From IMG/VR virus record IMGVR_UViG_3300045240_000158: a stretch of 64,000 bases of DNA. One strand, 5' to 3'. The notes beneath the pieces were generated by a model. The model saw only the letters and a program-made list of their open reading frames with translations. It did no database searches and was not told the origin of the DNA. Of this stretch, positions 1-7,128 are shown piece by piece. Within the stretch, counting starts at the first letter, position 1; each line of letters opens with the position of its first letter. The position numbers and the translations under genes were made by a program. This DNA is from an uncultured virus (IMG/VR IMGVR_UViG_3300045240_000158) (lineage: Duplodnaviria > Heunggongvirae > Uroviricota > Caudoviricetes).

Positions 1-252
1 GAGAAGCTGCCGCTCACGGTCGATCACCTCGTACGTTGGGAAGACGGCGGCCCGACGATCGAAGATAACCTCGTCGCAGCCTGCCGAAAGTGCAACAAGG
101 TCCGTGGCGACACCGCCTACGCGGCGTGGCTCCGGCACCCCTACTACGTCGAGGTCTCGCAGAAGGTCTCGTACGCCTACCAGGAGCTGAACCGGCGCAT
201 CGCCGACACGCTCGTCAACATCCCCCGCACGCCTGTCGTGAAGGACCGTTAG
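1..252 (+). CDS. HNH endonuclease, C-terminal part (5' truncated by window edge)
   Basis: Frame-1 translation TVDHLVRWEDGGPTIEDNLVAACRKCNKVRG matches the HNH motif; stop TAG at 250-252. Confidence 0.85.
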   Translation, partial: EKLPLTVDHLVRWEDGGPTIEDNLVAACRKCNKVRGDTAYAAWLRHPYYVEVSQKVSYAYQELNRRIADTLVNIPRTPVVKDR

Positions 253-254
253 CC

Positions 255-644
255 ATGATCGAAGCAGGCGTCGTCATCAACAAGCTGCTCAAGCCGATCT
301 ATTGGCATCTTCCGCCGGGTCGATCGGGCGGGGCGCTCCCCGACTCGGTGACCTTGTGGGACGTCATCTGGGATCAGTTTCAGGAAGGGATGTTGTTCGG
401 CTTCGCGCACAGCCATCCGGGAAGCGGCGTGCCAGGGCCGTCGTACACCGACGTCACCACGTTCGCCGCGATCGAAGCGGCGCTCGGCACGCGCATCTAC
501 TGGTGGATCACCAGCTCGGACCACGTGGTCGTGCTCCGCTGGGAGGGCCCCGACAAACTTTCATACCGCTCCACGATCGTCACGGAGGCACCGACGTGGG
601 TAGCGGAACTGCGACGCCTCTCTCAAGAAGGACAAGGACAATGA
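255..644 (+). CDS. JAB/MPN (JAMM) metalloprotease
   Basis: MIEAG N-terminal Glu plus HSHPGSGVPGPSYTD (E-HxH-S-D JAMM motif); ATG at 255. Confidence 0.85.
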   Translation: MIEAGVVINKLLKPIYWHLPPGRSGGALPDSVTLWDVIWDQFQEGMLFGFAHSHPGSGVPGPSYTDVTTFAAIEAALGTRIYWWITSSDHVVVLRWEGPDKLSYRSTIVTEAPTWVAELRRLSQEGQGQ

Positions 645-910
645 ACGACATCAAGGATACCGAGGCGCGCGTGAACGTAACTTTTTCGGGGGCCAATGGC
701 GACCTCCCGGACCCCGTCATGTTCCAGGCGACGGACGGCGACATCAGGGCGTGGGTCACGGAGGCCGTGCGCACTGGAGGCGTGCCGGGAATCCCTGCCG
801 CACCGAATGCGGACTTCTCGGACTTCGTCATCGATCGCTTCACGGCGACCGAGGCGCGTCCGTGGAACCTGCTGGCCGTGCGCCCCAAGACCCCCTTTGG
901 GCTGATCTAG
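641..910 (+). CDS. Ubiquitin-like (beta-grasp) protein ending RPKTPFG-LI
   Basis: 89 aa, ATGA overlap with JAB, lies between JAB and E1 genes, Gly two residues from the C-terminus; fold inferred from context. Confidence 0.7.
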   Translation: MNDIKDTEARVNVTFSGANGDLPDPVMFQATDGDIRAWVTEAVRTGGVPGIPAAPNADFSDFVIDRFTATEARPWNLLAVRPKTPFGLI

Positions 911-982
911 GCCGTTCTAAGACACCGTTTGGGTTCTTTCGTGCCCAGCTCTGCGTCAGAGCGCTGAAACGGTTATAATGTC

Positions 983-1807
983 ATGATGCGGAGAGAACGG
1001 CCTAAGCTGACTAGATCCGAATGGCTAGCTAGCAGGGAAAACCACATGGTGTTGACGCCACCGTTGCATGAAGCGCTTGACGGCGTCCTTCTCTCAGATG
1101 GTTCGTTACACCACAAAGCTGGTCGTAGAACCGCCAGTCTCCGCTTGATGCAAAGCGCAAAGCGGAAAGGTTGGTTGTGCTTGCTAAGGAAAGAACTAGC
1201 TGCGGAAGGTGTGGCCGCGGTTATCGATTCTGTTTTGATACGACCGTCCAAGATCGAAGAACGTGAACTGCCTGGAGGACAGTACCTCCTACTTCGCAGC
1301 ATGAACTACGTTGAGCTCGTTTATGAGCGCAATCGGTGGTACCCAAACGAGCGGAAAATTGTTCCGCGGGACCTTCGACTGACTCCGACGGTTCTTTTGC
1401 ATTGGTTCTGTGGTGACGGGCGAGGAGGTGACTCAAAAGGAACATTAGGTTTCTGCACGGACGGTTTCTCTGTCGACGATGTAGAATTTCTTGTGGACCG
1501 TCTTCAAACGGATCTCGACATAGCGACCACGCTAGTTTTCAACCCTCGGGGTCATCCGCAGATATTGGTCGGAAGACGCGGCGAGGCGGTCAAAATCCAA
1601 GAGCTCCTTTTGCGCACACTTCCGATTTGTTGTCGTTACAAGTTGCAGCATGTACGTCCCCTGCCGTTAGAAGGGCGTGGACGACGGCTTTCTGAAAGCC
1701 TAAAACAAGCTGTTCTGGCCGATCGAGGTGCTTGCTCGATGCGCGAGGCGGCTACCAAACACGGGGTGTCCGTGTCAAAGGTTTGGAAACTGTGGACCAC
1801 AGCATAG
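983..1807 (+). CDS. Free-standing LAGLIDADG homing endonuclease with C-terminal HTH
   Basis: Motifs LDGVLLSDGSL and LLHWFCGDG; HTH-like SMREAATKHGVSVSKV; visibly AT-richer than flanks. Confidence 0.85.
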   Translation: MMRRERPKLTRSEWLASRENHMVLTPPLHEALDGVLLSDGSLHHKAGRRTASLRLMQSAKRKGWLCLLRKELAAEGVAAVIDSVLIRPSKIEERELPGGQYLLLRSMNYVELVYERNRWYPNERKIVPRDLRLTPTVLLHWFCGDGRGGDSKGTLGFCTDGFSVDDVEFLVDRLQTDLDIATTLVFNPRGHPQILVGRRGEAVKIQELLLRTLPICCRYKLQHVRPLPLEGRGRRLSESLKQAVLADRGACSMREAATKHGVSVSKVWKLWTTA

Positions 1808-2370
1808 TGATCGTAGGTGTTGGGTCTCTTGGATCTCATCTCGTTCAATTTATACGCAATGAAAAGTGCGCGCTGAAGATCATCGATATGGATCGCGTCG
1901 AGCAGAAGAACGTGATGTCGCAGTTCCACGGCAAACCCGGCGTGGGCAGGCACAAGGTCGACGCGCTGAAGCAGACGATGGATTTCCTGTTCAAGCGCCA
2001 GATCGTCACGGTCGGAAACAAGCTCGTCGCCGAGAACATCGACGCGCTCATGAAGGGCGCGACGCTGGTCGTCGACTGCCTCGACAACGGCGCCTCGCGC
2101 AAGCTCGTGCAGGATTACGTGCGCAAGCACAACCTGTCGTGTCTTCACGGCGCGCTCGCGCCTGGTGGCGAGTTCGGCCGATCGATCTGGGACGCGCAGT
2201 TCGTGATCGACAGTGAAGTCGGCGCGGGCGCTGCGACGTGCGAGGACGGCGAGTTCTTGCCCTTCATCGCGCTGACGGCGGCGTACATGGCCCGATCGAT
2301 CCAGCTCTTCCTGAAGGACGGCAAGAAAATCGGCTTCTCGATCTCGCCTGTCGGCGCGGTCGCCATCTGA
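1792..2370 (+). CDS. ThiF/MoeB/E1-like adenylyltransferase
   Basis: IVIVGVGSLGS, IIDMDRVEQKN, KVDAL, VVDCLDN, candidate catalytic Cys in ATCEDG; GTG start at 1792 inferred. Confidence 0.9.
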   Translation: MDHSIVIVGVGSLGSHLVQFIRNEKCALKIIDMDRVEQKNVMSQFHGKPGVGRHKVDALKQTMDFLFKRQIVTVGNKLVAENIDALMKGATLVVDCLDNGASRKLVQDYVRKHNLSCLHGALAPGGEFGRSIWDAQFVIDSEVGAGAATCEDGEFLPFIALTAAYMARSIQLFLKDGKKIGFSISPVGAVAI

Positions 2371-2375
2371 ATCGC

Positions 2376-2404
2376 TTGACAACGACTACGAGAGCCATTA
2401 AGGT
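2376..2404 (+). promoter_or_regulatory. Sigma70-type promoter for the ncRNA cluster
   Basis: TTGACA (2376-2381), 17 bp spacer, TAAGGT (2399-2404). Confidence 0.7.
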
Positions 2405-2410
2405 CTCATC

Positions 2411-2546
2411 CACTCGGCCACCAACCGAGAGTCCTCACAAGCAGGGTTCAACTCCCATCAAATCCCGCAAGGGGTCTGAGAGCCAGGCGGTACTGGCACC
2501 TGTATACGGAACAGGCTGAAAAGCATCCAGGACTCTCAACTCGGCG
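2411..2546 (+). ncRNA. Circularly permuted tRNA-like RNA (ACG loop)
   Basis: Order T-loop GGG-TTCAACT-CCC, acceptor-like hairpin closed by GCAA, D arm GCCA/TGGC, anticodon arm CCTGT-ATACGGA-ACAGG; ends pair via GAGAGTCCT/AGGACTCTC. Confidence 0.65.
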
Positions 2547-2557
2547 ACCTAGTTTTT

Positions 2558-2684
2558 GGCGAACAAGGGACGTGGGTCCCACTTTCCTCATAAGAAAGCA
2601 TCATCCGACAGGCTTGACTCGAACCCGCGAGGGTTCACTCCGATTCTGTCTACAAGCCGCGTGGTTCGACTCCACGGTTCGCCT
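2558..2684 (+). tRNA. Atypical tRNA with CAT anticodon and 61-nt variable-region insert
   Basis: Acceptor GGCGAAC/GTTCGCC, anticodon arm CTTTC-CTCATAA-GAAAG, T arm CGTGG-TTCGACT-CCACG. Confidence 0.7.
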
Positions 2685-2690
2685 CGAGAA

Positions 2691-2807
2691 GCAGCCATCC
2701 TAGAGTGCTAACACGCATAGCTCAACGGTAGAGCGTCGGCATGACAAGCCGAAGGTTGGGACTTCAAAACTCCCTGCATTCAACCCAAGCACTTTTCACT
2801 CGGCTGC
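2691..2807 (+). ncRNA. tRNA-Val(GAC)-like core on an extended closing stem
   Basis: D arm GCTC-AACGGTA-GAGC, anticodon arm TCGGC-ATGACAA-GCCGA, degenerate T arm, 3-bp acceptor continued by AGAGTGCT/AGCACTTT and GCAGCC/GGCTGC. Confidence 0.6.
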
Positions 2808-2892
2808 CCCTCATTTTTACCTGCTGTGCCGGCTAGAGCTGGCACGCAAGCGTCTCCGCGCAGAAGCGCGTCGTAGTAGACTCACGGGACCG

Positions 2893-3060
2893 ATGTCCCG
2901 GATGCCTCTTGTCTCGGTGGTGCTCTACATCGCGACGCGCCTTGCCCTCGACGGTGAGGTGGTCGACGAGGGCCTGGTGAAGTTGTTCGCGCGCGCCGGC
3001 CTGCACCTCGCCGCGCGCGAGATCGCCGCAGACGGCACCTCTGGCGATGACGCGCACTGA
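2893..3060 (+). CDS. Small hypothetical protein (55 aa)
   Basis: ATG-TGA ORF overlapping the next start (TGATG); below track length cutoff. Confidence 0.5.
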   Translation: MSRMPLVSVVLYIATRLALDGEVVDEGLVKLFARAGLHLAAREIAADGTSGDDAH

Positions 3061-3293
3061 TGGACAGCAACCGCCTTCGTCGGGGTGTCGTCACGCGATT
3101 CAGCGCCTCCACGTGGTGGGGTCGCATCAGGCTCGACGAGGGCCGATCACTCGATTTCCACGGCACGAGCTATCGGGGCATGACGGTCAGCTACAGCCCT
3201 GAAGTACACCAGCGCGTCGTCGTGATCTTCAGCGACGAGACGCGCGAGCGACTGCTCTCGGTGGAGGCCGATGCGCCACCGGTTCCACGGTGA
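3060..3293 (+). CDS. Cold-shock-domain-like OB-fold protein
   Basis: RGVVTRF...WGRIRLDEGRSLDFH resembles the CSD RNP1/RNP2 pattern. Confidence 0.6.
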   Translation: MDSNRLRRGVVTRFSASTWWGRIRLDEGRSLDFHGTSYRGMTVSYSPEVHQRVVVIFSDETRERLLSVEADAPPVPR

Positions 3294-3753
3294 TCCCGAT
3301 CGCTTCGCGGTCCTCGCCAACTTCGTCGCCGAGACGCACGGGCGCTCTGTCCGGTACGTCGCCGACGTCGCGGGCGGCCAAGGGCAGCTCACGCGCGAGC
3401 TGCGGAAGCGGCACGGCTACGAGGCCGAGGTCGTCGATCCGCGCGATCATCGGCTGCGCGGCGTACCTGGATCGGCCGAGTCGTTTACCGCGACGCGCGC
3501 GTCGTACTACGACCTCGTGATCGGGCTCCATCCCGATGAGGCGACACGCGCGATCGCCGAGGCCGCGATCGTGCGGCCGATCGTGATCGTGCCGTGCTGC
3601 AACTTTTGGGACCGCAGCGTGAAGCTCGGGCGCGATGCGCTCCTCGACGCGATCGAGGGCTGGCTCGAGGATCGCGGCGTTGAATGCCGCCGCGTCCAGC
3701 TCGCGTTCGCAGGGCCCATGAACGTCGCGATCGTCACGAGGGGTCGCGCGTAG
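3271..3753 (+). CDS. Class I SAM-dependent methyltransferase-like protein
   Basis: VADVAGGQG motif I, IGLHPDEAT and IVPCC motifs. Confidence 0.75.
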   Translation: MRHRFHGDPDRFAVLANFVAETHGRSVRYVADVAGGQGQLTRELRKRHGYEAEVVDPRDHRLRGVPGSAESFTATRASYYDLVIGLHPDEATRAIAEAAIVRPIVIVPCCNFWDRSVKLGRDALLDAIEGWLEDRGVECRRVQLAFAGPMNVAIVTRGRA

Positions 3754-3877
3754 TGCTTGACGGCTACGCACGATCGCGCTACACGTGGATCGTCGTGAAG
3801 ATCTTTCGGTTACCCGCTCGACTTCGCTCGCTACGCTTGCCGGCTTGAGGCAGGCGTAGCTCGCAGCTTTGTCTTGA

Positions 3878-3950
3878 GCCGGCGTAGTCCAACGCAGAGA
3901 CGACGGGTTTAAGCCCCGTTTCAGTGCGCGTTCAAGTCGCGTCGCCGGCA
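3878..3950 (+). tRNA. tRNA-Leu(TAA), short variable arm
   Basis: Acceptor GCCGGCG/CGCCGGC, anticodon arm ACGGG-TTTAAGC-CCCGT, TTCAAGT T-loop, A73. Confidence 0.85.
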
Positions 3951-3954
3951 TGAC

Positions 3955-4027
3955 GTCGCGGTAGCCCAACGGCAGAGGCGGTGGTCTGAGAGGCCATCCA
4001 GTGCAGGTTCGACTCCTGTCCGCGGCA
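3955..4027 (+). tRNA. tRNA-Leu(GAG), short variable arm
   Basis: Acceptor GTCGCGG/CCGCGGC, anticodon arm GTGGT-CTGAGAG-GCCAT, TTCGACT T-loop, A73. Confidence 0.85.
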
Positions 4028-4063
4028 CGAGAGAAAAATATCAACCTTTGGTTTACCCTTTTC

Positions 4064-4138
4064 GCCGACGTAGCCCAATTTGGTAGTGGCAATGCGCTCA
4101 GGACGCATCCAGTGCTGGTTCGAGTCCAGTCGTCGGTA
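4064..4138 (+). tRNA. tRNA-Leu(CAG), short variable arm
   Basis: Acceptor GCCGACG/CGTCGGT, anticodon arm ATGCG-CTCAGGA-CGCAT, TTCGAGT T-loop, A73. Confidence 0.85.
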
Positions 4139-4153
4139 CGATCAGATCTTCAC

Positions 4154-4227
4154 GTCGTCGTGACCCAATCGGAAGAGGTGCCGGTTTCAAAAACCGGAAG
4201 CTGCGCGTTCGAGTCGCGCCGACGACA
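4154..4227 (+). tRNA. tRNA-Leu(CAA), short variable arm
   Basis: Acceptor GTCGTCG/CGACGAC, anticodon arm CCGGT-TTCAAAA-ACCGG, TTCGAGT T-loop, A73. Confidence 0.85.
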
Positions 4228-4232
4228 CGCTT

Positions 4233-5306
4233 CTACGGCGTACGGTCATCCGTCGCCGGATCCCGCCAGTCGCAGGTCGCGATCACCTGCTCCCCCGGGT
4301 CCTGGCCGTTCGTCCTGACGACCACGTGCAGATCGGGCGGCGGCGCATTGGCGTCGTCACGCACCACGATTCCTTCAAGGCGCGCCCTGAAGCGCGACCC
4401 TTCCTCGTTCGTGCCGCAGTAGTTCACGTCGATCTCGATCGTGCCACCGATATCGCAGGTCTCCATCGACACGAAGCCATCGATCGCGTCGGTCGCGAAC
4501 ATGTCGCCTGGGATTCCACCAGGCTGACAGAACTGCCCCTTGCCATTGATGCGCACGTCCTCGACGATCCAGTCCCAGCCGGCATCGATCTCGATCCGGT
4601 TGATCTGGAAGCGCGCGTTCTGCACGCGTGCAGTGATCGTCGCCGCGGTCTGAGGTCCCTGCCCTCGTGCCATGATCGGCACAGCGGATACGATCGGCAC
4701 CACGGTCCCGCGCTGCGGCGGCCTTGTCCCGACCACGGACGCGAAGAAGATCCCTTCTGGGTTCGGACCGACGTACGTCACGGTGACCGCGAGCTCGCAC
4801 CCACGCTCCACCGGGTCGAATCCAGACAGCGTGAGCGACGTCAACCCTCGCTTGGTTGACGCGACGCCGCGGGTGCCGAACAGCGCGCCCGGGAGATCCT
4901 TCTGGGTGAGCTGCGATCGACCGTCGACCTCGATGTCATTCACGACCCAGTCCGCAGCTCCACCAGGCGTGCCTGCTCCCGAGAGGAAGAGGCGCTCGAT
5001 GTCGAAGGCGCCGTTCTTTGGGCGTGAGGAGATCCGTGCGGCTTGATGCGGAAGCACCCGAGGCACGTAGAGCGGAAGGACGAGCCGTGCGGGGACGGCG
5101 ATGGGCTGGCCGGGATCCACCGCCGAAGCAGCGTCCAGCTGTTGCTCGACCGTCTGCGGCGCGCCTTCCGCGAGATCGTCCTCCGTCGGGGCGTCGCTGC
5201 CGGTCAGCTGCCTCCACGCGGCTTGGTAGCTCTCGCCGGTCTTGGCCTGGCGCTCGCGCACACGGCGCTGCAACGCGCGATCACGCTTCTTGTCGTCGTC
5301 GCTCAT
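4233..5306 (-). CDS. Protein with two tandem beta-rich domains and a basic N-terminal helix
   Basis: Internal repeat DWVVNDIEVDGRSQL..PGALF / DWIVEDVRINGKGQF..PGDMF; start MSDDDK inferred. Confidence 0.75.
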   Translation of the reverse strand: MSDDDKKRDRALQRRVRERQAKTGESYQAAWRQLTGSDAPTEDDLAEGAPQTVEQQLDAASAVDPGQPIAVPARLVLPLYVPRVLPHQAARISSRPKNGAFDIERLFLSGAGTPGGAADWVVNDIEVDGRSQLTQKDLPGALFGTRGVASTKRGLTSLTLSGFDPVERGCELAVTVTYVGPNPEGIFFASVVGTRPPQRGTVVPIVSAVPIMARGQGPQTAATITARVQNARFQINRIEIDAGWDWIVEDVRINGKGQFCQPGGIPGDMFATDAIDGFVSMETCDIGGTIEIDVNYCGTNEEGSRFRARLEGIVVRDDANAPPPDLHVVVRTNGQDPGEQVIATCDWRDPATDDRTP

Positions 5307-5587
5307 CGGAAACCTCTCATTGTCTCGTCCGAGCTGTCCCGCACCGATCGCTCGTTCGAGCACTGAGAGTTCCAAGAGCGCATCCCGGTGGGTCGTCCCC
5401 TTCATCCCCGCGAAGCGACCAAGGTGCGGTTGGTCGAAGGGGCTCAGGCATCCCGGTAGGTGCCGAGATCAACGTAACGTGGAGGGGACGGCGCTGCAAG
5501 AGGCTGCACGTACCACGTACAGGACCAGTCTGCCGAGATCTGCACTTTCTCCTCGTGTTCGGCTAGGGTTCGTCGAGGAGGACACGA

Positions 5588-5977
5588 ATGAGCGACAAGA
5601 TTGCCCGGCTCGGGATCGAGCGCGACAACGACCTGATGTACTACATCAAGAACGGCGACGTCTGGGCCGTGCCGCGCAAGCAGAAGGGGCAGCCCAAGGG
5701 CAAGGCCCAGAAGGTCGCGTCGACCGGCCTCGAGATGGACTACAGCCGCTACATCTACTTCCTCGACAAGGACGGCGATGTTGCGCGCAAGGAGCGTGCG
5801 CTCGGCGGCGGCGGTCGGCGGTCGAAGGCCAAGGCCCCGAAGGCTGTGAAGTCCTCGAAGACGGCAAGCCCCCCGGCTAGGAAGGCGCACGAGACGGTCT
5901 GGAGCGGCAAGGGCAAGAAGAGCGAGGCTCAGATCGCGCGCGAGGTCGACGAGTGCCTGGCGCGCGCCAAGAAGTAG
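5588..5977 (+). CDS. Basic Cc1-like DNA-binding protein with C-terminal tag variant
   Basis: Duplicated YYIKNGDV / YFLDKDGDV repeat, Lys-rich, GAGGAG RBS. Confidence 0.65.
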   Translation: MSDKIARLGIERDNDLMYYIKNGDVWAVPRKQKGQPKGKAQKVASTGLEMDYSRYIYFLDKDGDVARKERALGGGGRRSKAKAPKAVKSSKTASPPARKAHETVWSGKGKKSEAQIAREVDECLARAKK

Positions 5978-6259
5978 TCACCGAAGGCTGGTGACCGCTT
6001 CGATCGTGAGAGCACGTCTGAGCTTGGCGAACGCATCTTCGATCGCCGTCGCCTCGGTCGGGCCGTGTCCCACGTAGAAGCCAGTTGGGTGGTGCACGCT
6101 AGCTTCTAGCATCCCTTCCAGCGCCTCTCGTCGTGTTGCCGTTTCGACCGCGTGATTGAAGGATGGATAGACGCGCAGCGCGATGATTTCGAGCAGGAGA
6201 CGTTGCTCGCGCAGCTCGCCGAGCGTCGTCGCCTCGGTGATGCTCTTGGGGTTAGACAT
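5978..6259 (-). CDS. Hypothetical protein
   Basis: Start overlaps upstream stop. Confidence 0.6.
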   Translation of the reverse strand: MSNPKSITEATTLGELREQRLLLEIIALRVYPSFNHAVETATRREALEGMLEASVHHPTGFYVGHGPTEATAIEDAFAKLRRALTIEAVTSLR

Positions 6260-7128
6260 CAGTTGACTCTCCAATACACGAGGCCGCTGTCCGTCGTTTC
6301 CGAGTTGCCGTCGTAGGTCGCCAGGAAGTGCTGCCAGCCGTCTGCCTTGACCGCTGCTTCTGCCGCTTTCTTGATATCGATACCGACGGCATTGATCGCC
6401 TGCTTGACGGCCTCGTTGTGGCTGTACATGTCCTCGAAGTAGCGCATCGGGTTGTCCGCGTAGGCGCTGGCGTACGCCTTCTTGACGGCAGCGAGCTGCC
6501 TTTGTGTCGGCTCCATCAGGTTGCCGTCCATGGCCGTGTCTGGAACGACAGCGTCGACGTCCAAGCGCTTGGCGAGGTCCCAGAAATCGTCGACCTGGTG
6601 TCTAGCCAGCTCATCGACGTAGTCGTCTTGCAAGCGCGCGTCGTAGACCCACTTCTTGAGGGCCTTCTCGTTGATGAAGTCGTCGATGAAAGAGCCAAAC
6701 AACGACGGCTCGTTATCCAGGTCATTCTTCACGATGGTAAGTGCGATCTCTTCGGCGGTGTCCTCGTCGGGAACGACGACGTACTCCTGGTAGAAGGCGG
6801 GTGAGTTGCCCCCTAGGCGCACCTCGAAGGCTTTGTTGTAGGGGCGCCCCTTGACGACGTGGAGGCGCGAGGGTTCGACATCGAGAGCGCGCGCCATGTC
6901 GAGTTGCACGATCAGCTTCTGATTTCCTTCTTGCAGCGCCATGTCGCGTGCCACATCCCACTCCGCAGGATCGTCGCTCGCGATCAACGCGCTGATGTTG
7001 ACGCCGGACCGCTTCTTCGTGGCTCCTGCAAGGCGCCCGGGTTGCTGGGCACGACCTCGTCGTGCGAGGCTTTCTGCGATCTCCCGATCTAGCTGGGCAG
7101 GGCTCTTCTTCTTCGGGTGTTTGATCAC
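6259..7128 (-). CDS. Hypothetical protein with N-terminal AQLDREIAE tag
   Basis: 289-aa ORF starting MIKHPKKKSPAQLDREIAESLA. Confidence 0.8.
   Translation of the reverse strand: MIKHPKKKSPAQLDREIAESLARRGRAQQPGRLAGATKKRSGVNISALIASDDPAEWDVARDMALQEGNQKLIVQLDMARALDVEPSRLHVVKGRPYNKAFEVRLGGNSPAFYQEYVVVPDEDTAEEIALTIVKNDLDNEPSLFGSFIDDFINEKALKKWVYDARLQDDYVDELARHQVDDFWDLAKRLDVDAVVPDTAMDGNLMEPTQRQLAAVKKAYASAYADNPMRYFEDMYSHNEAVKQAINAVGIDIKKAAEAAVKADGWQHFLATYDGNSETTDSGLVYWRVN

Noticed and set aside
911..1807. Group I intron or intein hosting the LAGLIDADG ORF
   Set aside because: Only ~70 nt of non-coding flank, no recognisable ribozyme core or intein termini, and both neighbouring genes are complete without splicing
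3757..3785. TTGACG-17-TACACG promoter for the tRNA-Leu array
   Set aside because: Position is plausible but the -10 lacks the conserved final T; too weak to list as a feature
3229..4318. Track ORFs 3229-4092 and 4001-4318
   Set aside because: They overlap four well-formed tRNA genes and show no protein motifs
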